NCBI GenBank assembly: GCA_030390025.1
Contig: CM059432.1
Span: forward strand, 60,080,001-60,144,000
Direction of reading: 5' to 3'
Length of the DNA stretch: 64,000 nucleotides
DNA from: Squalus acanthias
Lineage: Eukaryota
Positions within the stretch are counted from its first letter, which is position 1. Every line of letters starts with the position of its first letter. A program made the position numbers and the translations under genes. Of this stretch, positions 12,726 through 24,320 are shown piece by piece. The notes beneath the pieces were generated by a model. It had not been told where the DNA came from, did not search any database, and saw only the letters and a program-made list of their open reading frames with translations.

Positions 12726-14632
12726 CTAATTGTGCTTTATCTTCCTCTTACGCGTGCTTCTACATGATGCCTCCCCTGTGGCTTCAGCAGATGTGGAGGC
12801 ACCTTGCTCACTCTCTTGCTGCTCCTGCTTCGACACCTTTGGCAGGCGTCCTCTGGGTTTGCGAGCCTGTGAGGGCTCGGCAACAGTCTGCTCCTCCTGC
12901 GTCTGTGCAGGGGCTGAGACACCCATCTCAGTTGGGTGAGGACTCTGGTGGGGCTCTGACCAAGGGCTACTCAGTGGCATGGGAGTGTGAGCGCTTGGAG
13001 AGGAGCCCCCACTTCTTGTTGCCTGCCACCAACATCCCTCTCATGGGTCAGTCCCACTTCAGTGCTAGCAAGTGGCTTGACAGCACCTTGCTGCATATCA
13101 GGGGGGCCATGAGGACCTGTCTCTGCACTAGCAGTCCTACTCAAAAGGACTCCCATGAAGCTCTGGTTTCTCTGCTCAATAGCTGCCCATCGCTCTTCCA
13201 GAGATGTCAGTCTATTCCTGACTCTGGCGACTTATTTCCTCCATGACCATAGCCATCCTTTCCACAGAGGTAGCCATCCTTTCCACGGAGGTTGCCATCC
13301 TATCCGTGTTGGTGCGTTCGTGCACCATTGCCTCCACAAAGGCACTGCTCATGTTAGACATGGACTCCTCCATCCTCTCCACACTCGCAGTAACCCTGGA
13401 GAGAAAACCTGCCAGAGACTCCTGCACCTGTCCCTGGAGTTCCAGCACCACTCTCTTTCTGGATGGACCCAGAGGCACAGGGTCCACATGCAGCTGAGCA
13501 GAACTGGGAGCGCCCTGCGGCCTCCAACGAGGCCTCTCCACTGCTGTCCCTGTCTCCACCAGGTGACAACACTACTCTATCTCCCGAAGGTCCCACCAAG
13601 GTGTGCGTATCTGCGCTGGTGCTGGGTGCGCTTAATTCTGCTGATGCTGCGTTCTCAGAGGTTGCAGCTTCCTCTGAGATGTCTTCTGACTCCGGCTCTT
13701 CCTCCTGGACAGTGGGGAGGGGGGCTGTCGATGGTCCTGTGGGGGAGTAAAGGCATGAGTTACACATGTGATATTAACGTAGCATGCACATTGAATAGTG
13801 CAGATGATCATAAGTCAATCTGTATGAGCACCAGATGCCATATCAGTCACTCATGCAATGTAAATGAGATAGATGCAAATCTATTCTGTCACCAGCTTGC
13901 TCTGTGCTCGTCTGACCGTCCCCCACTTCCAGATCCTCATCATCTCCGATTATTTCGAGGGCGGCCTCCTCAGCGTTGGTCAAATGGGCAATTGAAGGTG
14001 GCCCTCCTCCTGTCCTAGCCCTCTCCCTCTTATTGTGGGCTCTCTTTTCCTGCAATGAGGGACACAAGTGGCGTTTGAGTGAGAATGATGGAGTGAGTGT
14101 AGAGAAGCCATAGCATAGATGATTAGAAGGAGACAAAGATGGAGTGAGGTGTCAATACCAAGGGCCCTCCCTGTGCATTGTTAGTTGTTGGCATTGCATA
14201 ACAATGATAGCGAGTATGAGGGCAGCATAGTCGAATAGTGAAGTGATTGTGTACATAGAGAAAGAGGGATGGTTATGGGTGCAAAGGATGTAAGGGTAAA
14301 GTGGGATGTGGAGGAGTAGGTTGACAATGCAGAGTGCTGGTGATGAGAGGAGATGGGGAGCAGATTGAGGGTAAGTGTGATGTTATACTCACTTTCCCTG
14401 AGCCGACCAGGTCATTGAACCTTTTTCGGCACTGCACCCAGGTTCGAATGCACATCGATGTCGAGCTGACCTCCTGTGCAATTTGCAGCCACACAGCTTT
14501 GGTCTGCTGTGGTGGCTTCTTCCTCCCAGAGGATGGGAAGAGTACCTGCTTTTGACCTCTGACTCCCTCCACAAGAACATGGAGGGAGTCATCAGCAAAT
14601 CGTGGAGAGGCCTTGGCCCTTGAGGTAGTCAT
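12726..14632 (-). pseudogene. Myb/SANT-like partner gene of element B (exons 14632-14393, 14049-13893, 13736-12726)
   Basis: Exon 1 MTTSRAKASPRFADDSL...W...RTWVQCRKRFNDL; GT-AG introns in phase 0 and phase 1; exon 2 EKRAHNKRERARTGGGPP; exon 3 is frameshifted and ends RSTRKRKIKHN*. Confidence 0.9.
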
Positions 14633-15062
14633 GGCAGCAGTTGTAACAAGGAAATCCAACAGCAAATAATGAGAAAATGAACCAAGGCTGCATGGGCCCC
14701 TTAAAAGCAGCTGGCTCACAGACGTCAGCAGAGGCGAGTTCCAGACCCAAAACACTAATTGGCCAGGGGAGCGTACACGCAGGAATCCATTGCCCAATTA
14801 GGGCAAAATCGCATTTTTTAACCAGATGAAAGCAGAGGCGGGGCCAGGACCCGCCGACCACCTGACCAGCACCCACCCCACCACCAATGATAAAATCGCG
14901 GCCTAGGAGTTCGGAGGATAGCATCAACTGCAGGAATAATAAGTCCACATGCCTCAGATCACACAGAGTTTTTCTTTATGATCACAAGCAATCTGTCTCT
15001 GCCTTTCTTTTTTAAAATGTAAATCTGTCCAATCATGGCTGTGGACTCAAAAACAAGATGGT

Positions 15063-15702
15063 ATCATAAAATCATGGAATGATACAGCACAGAAGGCGGT
15101 CATTCTGCACATCGTGCCTGTGCCGGCTCTTTGAAAGAGCTAGCCAATTAGTCCCACTCCCCTGCTCTTTCTCCATAGCCCTGCAAAGTTTTCCACTTCA
15201 ACTATTTGTCCAATTCCCTTTTGAAAGTTACTATTGAATCTGCTTCCACCACTCTTCCAGGCAGTGCATTCCAGATCATAACAACTTGCTGTGTAAATTT
15301 TATTCCCATCACGTCGTCTCTGGTTCTTTTGCCAATTACCTTAAATCTGTGTCCTCTGGATACCGATCCTTCTGTTATGTCATCTGCAAACTTAGAAATT
15401 ATCCCCTATATACTCAAGTCCATGTCATTAATATATATTAAAAAGAGCAGTGGTCCCAACACCGACCCCTGGGGGACACCACTGCACACTTCCCTCATGT
15501 CTGAAAACCAACCATTCTCCACTACTCTCTGCTTTCTGTCCTTAGCCTATTTCGTATCCATGCAGCCGCTGCCCCTTTAATCCCATAGGCTTCAATTTTG
15601 CTAACAAATCAACTATACGGTTCTTTATCAAATGCCTTTTGAAAGTCCATATACACAACATCAGCAGTACTACCCTCAACAAACCTCTCCGTTACTTCAT
15701 TA
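15063..15702 (-). mobile_element. Deleted CR1 LINE fragment (RT pieces and 3' tail)
   Basis: Reverse complement of [25 protein letters not shown] and CR1 3' UTR sequence, homologous to the CR1 copies at 18.5-19.8 kb and 50.5-50.8 kb. Confidence 0.8.
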
Positions 15703-16952
15703 AACTGGATTTTGTATCAATAGCTAGTGGCAAACTCACATTGTCACACAGATGCATTGAGCATGATGAAACTGGGATCTTCTATCATTTGCAGATTTTA
15801 CAAGCTAGATGGAATATCGCTTACTAACAGGTTATAGTTCAAAGCGGTAATTGTGTGACTTCATGCTTGCGATAGAAAGCCTCATTTGCGTGTCGTGCAT
15901 ATTAGGTACTTCGTGTGCACAAGTTTCCAACCAGTTAAATGATTGGTCAGAAAATTGTGCACAGCACTCACTCAAAGTTCAGAATTGCATTACAACTGGT
16001 GAGGCTTCCCATTGGGAGCAGTAAATCAGAAAATTACCCCTGTAGTCTCAGCAACCTTTTCCATTTTTCTATGTATGTCTTTAAGATTGGGGATTGGCCA
16101 GGCACTACTACTCAAGGCTGTGTTTGGTTAAACTGGTCTTTTCAAGACAAATGCTATCCATTGAAGACTATGGGTTGCTTTGCCACAGTTGGACAACCAC
16201 TTGTGTTACAGGATCCTTTCTGTAAGGGATCCAATATGGTCAGTTGAGGCCTAGCAGCTAGAGGTGGAAGTAAAAAGATTTGGGTGCAACCATTCATTGA
16301 AATCATCCAACCAATGTAAAACTGTTATTGATATGTGATGTATTGCATAGACAAGCAGGAGACAAATTATTCTAACCTTGTATTGATTTTTCATGATGTC
16401 TCATTTTAAATATGGTGCATCATTTTTGTTATCCTTTCTTCAAAAGGACATTGAGGCATTGGAGAATGTTTAAGAATAAATACAAGTATGGTGCCAGGAA
16501 TTATAGCTCCAAATTATAAAGCAAACCTCACATAATTGACCTTGTTTTCCTAAGAAGAATAGGAAGCTCTACCAAGTGTCACTTATTTGGCCTGATAGTC
16601 ATGGTTTAAAAATGTAATGCTTTGACCTAATTAAAACAAGCACAGTTCCAGGACCTAGAAATTCGATGTTGTAGCACCGGCCGATAAGGCCGTTTTTTAA
16701 AGAAAAAATGGCGGCTACCTTGCTTCCGCCCACTACTGGTGCAGGACACGGCCGCCACCATTTTGGTAAGGGCCATAGTGTTGCCGTTGATAGCGCTGGT
16801 CTCTCAAATTTAAACAAGCAGATCGTGACGTCAATCGGCGTACAACGCCTGACTTGACGCCACAACTGCTAATTTTGACGTTCTCATTCTCCATAACGCT
16901 GTGTCCTGAATACACACAGAAAACGTGCGTGAAGCAGCCCTGCAGAGACGCT

Positions 16953-17798
16953 AGCCGCGATTTTGTCAATGGCTGCGGGTTGGGAGTAGGTCAGGTGGTT
17001 TCCAGCTTCCAGTCCTGCCCCCAACTGCATCCGGCCCATGGACGTGATTTTACACTGATTGACCTTGTTAAGCCCTCCCTGCGGGTTTACCGGCCAATTA
17101 AGAGGAAGCCGGTCAGATGACGTCATTTGATGATGCATCATCTGCCAGTTTTCTTAAAGGGACCACGCACAATTTTTTTTTGACAGCTCATTTCTCAGTG
17201 TTTGACAGCATTGAAGTGCTGCAAACACTGACAATCACTGTACAAAGGTGAGCTCTTGCACCCAGGCTCTCCAGTGACTCCCTCCTTAGGCTAGAATAGA
17301 TGGCAGCTGCAGGTGAGGTGACAGAAGCGATCTGACACTGGTGAGGGGGGTTCTCCCAATGAGGTGGGACTAGACATCGATTTCAAAACTTGTTACCTAG
17401 AGAAAAGTGTAAATACATTGAAAATGATTTTCCCAACATTTTCTTACCTCTGAAATTCACCAGTGCACCATTGGATCCTTCACACCACTTCAGCAGACTC
17501 ACAACATGCCACACTTACCTGGCATGGTGTCCGGACGTCGGGAAACCCGAGGCAGAAGTGGCAAAATTGAAAAAGAGCCTGTTAACAACTATCAAGTACC
17601 TGTTAACAGGCAGGTAAGTGGCTTTAATCCTCTTCCCGCCGCTAGGTGTCGGGTCATGCGCAAATCGGGGACCCGACACTTGGGAAAATTGTTTGGAGGC
17701 GGGTTGACGGCAGGATCGGAACCCGCCGTCAATCAAAACGATTTTAATCCTTGACCTGCCTCCAAACCCGCCCCCTCAGTGCAGATAAAATTGCGGTC
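16953..17798 (-). mobile_element. Non-autonomous B-family Harbinger (MITE) nested in element E
   Basis: TIRs AGCCGCGATTTT / AAAATTGCGGTC; GCT duplicated (16950-16952, 17799-17801); 17695-17790 is the reverse-complement homologue of 10715-10810. Confidence 0.88.
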
Positions 17799-17998
17799 GC
17801 TGTCAGTGCTTCTTAAAGGGACACACACATCTTTCAGGTAAGTTTGGATTTCAGCTTTTGGACTGTTTTTTTGTACTTCATTGAAGTAGTGGCATGGTGC
17901 AATAGATTTTTAAAATTGTTAAAGTGTACAGAGAGTGCAGGGAGTGCTGCTGGATGCTTGCAAGGCTTCAGAAGGTAAAGGAAGGCCTCTGAGAAGAC

Positions 17999-18146
17999 AG
18001 AAAATACTGGAAATACTTAGCAGGGCAGGCAGCATCTGTGAATAGAGAAACAGAGTTACTGTTTCAGGTCAAGCTGCTGCCTGACCTGTTGAGTATTTCT
18101 AGCATTTTCTGCTTTTATTTCAGATTTTCAGCATCCGCAGTATTTT
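17999..18146. mobile_element. Short Penelope-derived inverted-repeat insertion
   Basis: Two oppositely oriented copies of the sequence at the 3' end of the Penelope-like element (33745-33850). 14-bp duplication GCCTCTGAGAAGAC at 17985-17998 and 18147-18160. Confidence 0.85.
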
Positions 18147-18541
18147 GCCTCTGAGAAGACCACTTGCTCACAGTCCTGGGGGGCACATCGAAATGAAGCA
18201 GAGGCAGCAAAGGGGACAAGCTGCTCACAAAGGGAAGAGGAAGAAGCAGAAGAGGAAGAAGCACAAGAGGAAGAAGCAGAGGAGGAAGAAGCAGAAGAGG
18301 AAAAGCAGAAGAGGAGGAAACAGAAGAGGAAGACACAGAAGAGGAGGAAGCGGAAGGAAGGATGCAACCCAGACAGCCCCTTTCTGGCCGGGATATCCGC
18401 GATGGAATCATCCGCCTGCGGTCCCAGTGACCACAACCCCAATTCCCCTTTCAACATTTGGCCCACATCTTACGTTCCCTCTGTTACTGACCATCACAGC
18501 GTCCTCTTGGCCACAATGCTGAAATAAAAGCCACCACAAAG

Positions 18542-19838
18542 GCACGGATTAATCAAGGACAGTCCGCATGGATTTATTAAGGGAAGGTCATACCTGACTA
18601 ACTTGATTGAATTTTTTGAAGAGGTAACAAGGAGGGTCAATGAGGGTAGCGCATTTGATGTAGTCTACATGGATTTGAGAAAGGCTTTTGACAAGGTCCC
18701 ACTTGGCAGACCGGTCAGAAAAGTAAAAGCCCATGGGATCCAAGGGAAAGTGGCAAGTTGGATCCAAAAGTGGCTCAGTGGCAGGAAGCAAAGGGTAATG
18801 GTTGATGGGTGCTTTTGTGACTGGAAGGCTGTTTCCAGTGGTGTACAACAGGGCTCAGTACTAGGTCCCTTGCTTTTTGTGGTATATATCAATGATTTAG
18901 ACTTCAATGTAGGGGGCATGATTAAGAAGTTTGCAGATGATACAAAAATTGGCTGTGTAGTTGATAGTGAGGAAGAAAGCTGTAGAGTGCAGGAAGATAT
19001 CAATGGACTGGTCAGGTGGACAGAAAAGTGGCAAATGGAATTCAATCTGGAGAAGTGTGAGGTAATGCATTTGGGGAGGGATTACAAGGCAAGGGAATAC
19101 ACAATAAATGGTTGGATACTGAGAAGTGTAGAGGAACAGAGAGACCTTGGAGTGCATGTCCACAGATCCCTGAAGGTAGCAGGACAGGTAGATAAGGTGA
19201 TTAAGAAGGCATACGGGATACTTTCCTTTATTAGCTGAGGCGAGAATATAAGAGCAGGGAGGTTATGCTTGAACTGTATAAAACACTAGTTCGGCCACAG
19301 CTAGAGTACTGCGTACAATTCTGGTCACCACATTACAGGAAGGATGTAATTGCACTAGAGAGGGTACAGGAGGAGATTTACAAGGTTGTTGTGAGGACTG
19401 GAGAATCTTAGCTATGAGGAAAGATTGGACAGGCTGGGGTTGTATTGTTTGGAACAGAGGAGGCTGAGGGGAGACTTAATTGAGGTGTATAAAATTATGA
19501 GGGACCTAGATGGAGTGCATAGGAAGGACCTATTTCTCTTAGCAAAGAGGTCAATAACCAGGGAGCATAGATTTAAAGTAATTGCTAGAAGGATTAGAGG
19601 GGAGTTGAGGAGGGTGGTGGGGGTGTGGAACTCACTGCCTGAAAGGGTGGTAGAGGCAGAAACACTCATAACATTTAAAAAGAATTTGGATATGCACTTG
19701 AAGTGCTGTAACCTACAGGGCTACGGACCAAGAGCTGGAAAGTGGGATTAGGCTGGATAGCTCTTTTTCGGCCGGCGCAGACACGATGGGCCGAATGGCC
19801 TCCCTCTGTGCCGTAAATTTCTATGATTCTATGCTTCT
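18542..19838 (+). mobile_element. 5'-truncated CR1 LINE (RT and C-terminus) nested in element E
   Basis: [45 protein letters not shown]; (CTATGATT) tail. It splits the CCACCACAAAG/CAAAC Harbinger sequence with AAAG duplicated. Confidence 0.92.
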
Positions 19839-21966
19839 AAAGCAAACTTTCCAATCCAACTGTATCCATATATGCATCCAATATGACATCAAGAAATCAA
19901 CTAATCACCCTTGTGTATTCCCTTAGTGACTGTCTTGTGTGCGCCTTTGCCTATCATACTGCTATCACGCAGTGCTACCCCAGTGGCTGCAGCATGGCTG
20001 GTGGAAAGCTGCTGACTTTCAGTGGGGGGGGCACTGCAGATGGCCTTGCAGGATGATCTCGAGGAGCTGGTGGCTGGGAGTGTCAAATCGAGTGACGGTG
20101 TTTCTTCTTCTTCACTCTGCTCTCCCTCTTCTTGGTCAACCATTGGCTGGGTAGGCTGCATTTCTTGGGTGTCTGAAATGAGGAAGGCACAAGGGTGGAG
20201 TGGTGGTGAGGGGAGAGTGGGGTAGCAAGAGCTGCATGCTTACACCTTGTAAATCAGAAGATATTGTGGGATGAGGGGGAAGTGGGATGTGAGAAGGAGG
20301 ATACATCTTGTATTCCTTCAGCTCCGCTGCTGGCCAAGAGCTCAGCCATGCCCCTGCCAAGAATGGCCAGCAAGGGGGTGAGGTGAAGCTAGGAATGTGA
20401 AGTGTGCCTTGTGCTTGGTACAGATTGTTGGTAGGTGAGTGATGCGGGGGTGGGGGGGGGCGGGGGGACGCACGGGGGTCGTGCAATGAGCAGTGCGTGA
20501 GGCTAGTGATGCAGTTGGTAGGAGATGGCTTTTGAAGGTGCATTCACTGACCTTGACCATTGGCCTGAGGTCAGGAAACTTCTTCGGGCACTGAAGCCAG
20601 GTCATGGGGGCGACACTGCTGGTAGTGATGACCTCGGTGATCTGATCCCACATCCTTCTTTCTGGAGATCCCCCTGGCCCCCTGTGGGTAGAGGACCTCT
20701 CTTGCAGTGTTGCAAGGGGTATAGTAGCATAGTGGTTATGTTACTGGACTAGTAATCCAGAGGATTGGACTAGAGTTCCAGAGACATGAGTTCTAAATCT
20801 TTATTTTATTTCAGAAGGCAGTTGAGCTCACAGGGCTAAAGGCTGCTTATTTTTAATTTTTAATTTTTAAATTTAGAAGGCAGGTCCCCATTAAGGGCTC
20901 AAGACTGCTTTCTAAAATGACAGGCTAGCTTTAAGACAACTCTGCCCTGCTCCAGGGACGCTTCAGCCACGCTACATTGGGCCTCCTGCTGAGACTGCCA
21001 CCCGAAGCAACGCGTTACACGGTAGGTTTTGTGCTCTAATCATTTAAATCAGCAGGCAGCACCAAAATAACGGTGCTGCCTACACTCTTTTTACGGGTGG
21101 GAATTAACCCCATGGTGGCACCATCCTTTTTGCCACGCTATCAAATTTCTAGGCCCATATCTTTAAATGGGGTTTCAATTTGTTCAACCACTCTGGTTGA
21201 TCATGAATGTAATTCCTAATATTTCCTCAATTTGACAGGATTGGGGGCAGGTCTTATGCTGGCTGTAAATGGGATTTTTGCAATTCACAATGAACCTTTT
21301 ATAAAAGCTCACTGCCAGTTATGGGATAGAAATGAGAACCTTGCAGAGATTTTCTGTGGGAGTCATGAATGATTATTTGCATCCTTGAGAGCCACAGTTG
21401 CCAACCGCTCTCTTTGATGTACCATCTGAAGTATCTATGGTGGTCAACAACTTCTTTCAGTGTAAAATCAGAAATTTAAGGAGGGTGTTTGGCCAATTGT
21501 GCTAGCTCCACATAGTAATTATTTTACTCTAATACCATTTTGTTGCTTTTTCCCCATACCCTTTAATATGTTTCGTTTTCACATGTATATCTAAGTAACT
21601 CTGAAATGTGATTGACTTGGCTTCAAAAGTGAGAAAATCTTTCACTATTTACTCCTCAAACATTTTCAAAAATTTGAACACTTCTATTAGATCCCGTATA
21701 ACACTATCTGCTCCAGTGAATATAGCTTTAGTTTTTCAGGATCTCATTCGAACTATATTCTAGAAATTGCTTGCAGAATAATACATTACCCCAGCAGCAA
21801 ATGAGCAATGGAAGGACATCAAAGAGTGAGGTGCAGCACTTGGTGACTGCACATTTCCTGACCCTAAAGGATGAGTTTGCTGAGTTTTCATCCATGGTGA
21901 GGTACCTCTTTATTTAAATGTAAGTAGATTGAAATTTTCTTTCCACTGTCTAGGTCGCTGGTCACT

Positions 21967-22860
21967 ATGGGGCATACAGCCATGAGCACTGAACTTGGCA
22001 GAAGAGGATCAGGGGAGCAGAAAGAGGCTGCCCATGATGTCAGGTGGCATCCCAAGGCATAGTGTCAAGTCCTGCCAATTTGCTACACAGTGAATCTCTT
22101 GTAATAGACCCAATTATCTGATAATACGAGTTGGGCTGTGCCTAAGTTTAGGAGGGAGGCAGTGATAAGGCTGAACCATCTCCTTCACAAAGACTTCCAC
22201 AAAACATGTAATGTCCTTAGGCTACTCCTAGTGGCAGACGAACACCGGTGACATCTACACTATTAGTCAATTTGCTGCCAACAATTGCATCAAGAAGGCC
22301 ACAAATGCATTATTCAGCAGGGCCAATGACTTCATCCCTTTGTTACTGACCAACAGCAGCAATGTGTGTGGGCAAAACCATTCTATAGAACTACTGGCTT
22401 TCCCAGAGTGTGAAGAGTCATCACTTGCACTCATGCTGCCATTTGGGCCACTGGATACAATGCTGAGCTCATCTGACACAAAATGGAGTCTTTTATGAAA
22501 ATATATGTATGGGATGCAATCACAAGCAAAGGATCATGCAGGGCAATGTGTGCTTGTCTGGGCATTCTCATAATGCCTTCATTTTATAGCTATGATCTGT
22601 GCCACCCTTATTTGAAGGGGAACTAAGAGTGGGAGACCAAAGCTACCCATGACTCATGCACTCAGGGACAGGTGCAACAAAGATCATGTTACAACCAGAA
22701 TTATTACCAAACACATTATTGGTATCTTGAAGCAGCATGTTACATGTCTCATCCAATCACAGGCAGCCTTATCGTACAACCCCATTCCTCCATCAGCCCC
22801 TATGGTTTCTAGAATAACTGCTATCTGCTGCATAATTTCATGCTGGAAAAAGGCCTTAAT
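21967..22860 (+). pseudogene. Ancient, highly decayed Harbinger transposase
   Basis: Collinear remnants KFRREAVIRLNHLLHKDF, NCIKKATNALFSRANDFI, TGFPRV, NKDHVTTRIITKHIIGILKQHVTCL and SRITAICC match the intact motifs of copies B and D. Confidence 0.7.
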
Positions 22861-24320
22861 ATACATCCTGATAGCCAGGATGGCGAAGGACTGTGGCATA
22901 ATAAGAGGGTAAAAATGCTCATAAGGAATTATCTGCAGTACCAGCAATGTAGCAAGGAACACAGTTGTGCAAAGTTCTAATTCTAGATACCTTTCAAGCA
23001 GTGCTACAGCAGTACTATTAAGAGAGACAAGTAACCATGGCCAAACCACTTTCTCCTAAATTTCATACTTAGTTCTTCAAATATAATTTATTACTATTTT
23101 ATGCTGGGCCCCTGCCATATTGCAAGCAATGGCAAATAAACACTCAGCACAATAGTTAAATTAAGCACAGGGCATTTATTTCTTCTATTGTGTGGTGTGT
23201 GAATATTGGCAACTGGCGCTGTCACAGTGTTATCCTTTTGTACTTGTGCTTTGTTTCAGATAATCTGATACTTAACCTACCACTCTTTCTAAATGATTAT
23301 CATGTGGAAAGAGTAAGCTGTTATAATTTGGGCTTTCTCCTAACACTTTAAACTTGTATTCACAGCAAAAAGGCATTTTAAATAAGCAGGTCTCTGCATA
23401 ATGTGAATGGGATAGCGCACCACAGGACCAACAATAATCATTTGTTCACGAAATCTTGCACTGGAGAAAATGCAGGCTGCCCACTGCATTTTCCTGTCCA
23501 CACAAAAGGCAGAGAATACCATACTATTAGACCATAATATTCAGGCTAAACTAATACCAAATGTATTTACAAGTTATTACACAGAAGCAGAAGAAATAAG
23601 CAGCACGATGCTTGACTTCCACAATACAGAAATTATTTTAAATCTAAATCTTTTAAAGTTTAATTCAAAAACCTTTGAACTGTGTCTCGAATGAACTGTT
23701 ACATGTCAACAATTCCACAAATCTCCTCTAGGCTGCTTCCATGAAATAGGCAGTGCACAGCAGCTAACTAACTAATGCAAGACTAACTAACTAATGCTCA
23801 GTTATATTTCTGTCTGTTATTTGAAATCTAGGCAGACACATTTGAAGATTAAATGCGTTCTTTCCAATAGTCAGGAAAACAAGATATGAGATATTTCTGC
23901 CATTCGAATATATATGAGATAAGCAGCATCTCTTGGGTTTCTGTTGAGTCATTTGCTCTTGACACCTAATCATAACGGAACCCATTCTTAGGGAGAGAAA
24001 TTCATTATAGCCCAGGAATGGGCGCTAGCTTTGGAAAAATTTGAGATTTAGCGCCAGGTGCTAATGAATCTCGCTGCACGCAAAATTCAGTGTCATCGCT
24101 CAAAGAAAGGATGGGAGCACTAACGGCCTAGCTCAGTGGTGTTACACTCAAAGCACTAACCAATATCAGGTGCAGTTTAATCACAAGTCATCATTGCCAC
24201 AGGCTCTTTCCAGTTCTTAAAGGGGAGGTTCATTCATGCTGCAGAACCTCATTCTCAGCATTGCAGCCTGTGAACCTGTGTCAGCAAGGAGGAGCAGGCC
24301 AAGTCCAAGGAGCCGTACTC

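Larger units (their letters stand above)
10706..14903 (+). mobile_element. Full-length Harbinger element B (GGCCGCGATTTT TIR family)
   Basis: Perfect 12-bp TIRs GGCCGCGATTTT / AAAATCGCGGCC; TAG duplicated on both flanks (10703-10705, 14904-14906); convergent transposase and Myb genes. Confidence 0.95.
16651..21156 (+). mobile_element. Harbinger deletion derivative E with three nested insertions
   Basis: Termini GGACCTAGAAATTC (16651) and AAATTTCTAGGCCC (ends 21156). Acidic transposase tail and 3' UTR at about 18170-18540 are homologous to element A. Myb pseudogene on - at 19901 to about 20710 (MTWLQCPKKFPDL). No clean TSD. Confidence 0.75.

Noticed and set aside
13155..14018. 287-aa plus-strand ORF as a third Harbinger gene
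   Set aside because: Antisense shadow of the Myb gene's exons 2-3; no motif and no counterpart in other copies.
11233..14632. Domesticated host HARBI1 or NAIF1/MSANTD genes
   Set aside because: The genes are bounded by TIRs and a TSD, are multi-copy in this window, and carry stops and frameshifts.
16086..16247. Exon or transposase relic containing QDKCYPLKT
   Set aside because: Only one short match to GDKGYPLKT, with no collinear flanking motifs; insufficient support.
20720..20915. Novel short module inside element E
   Set aside because: Looks like a decayed tRNA-SINE head plus a small local duplication; too degenerate to call.
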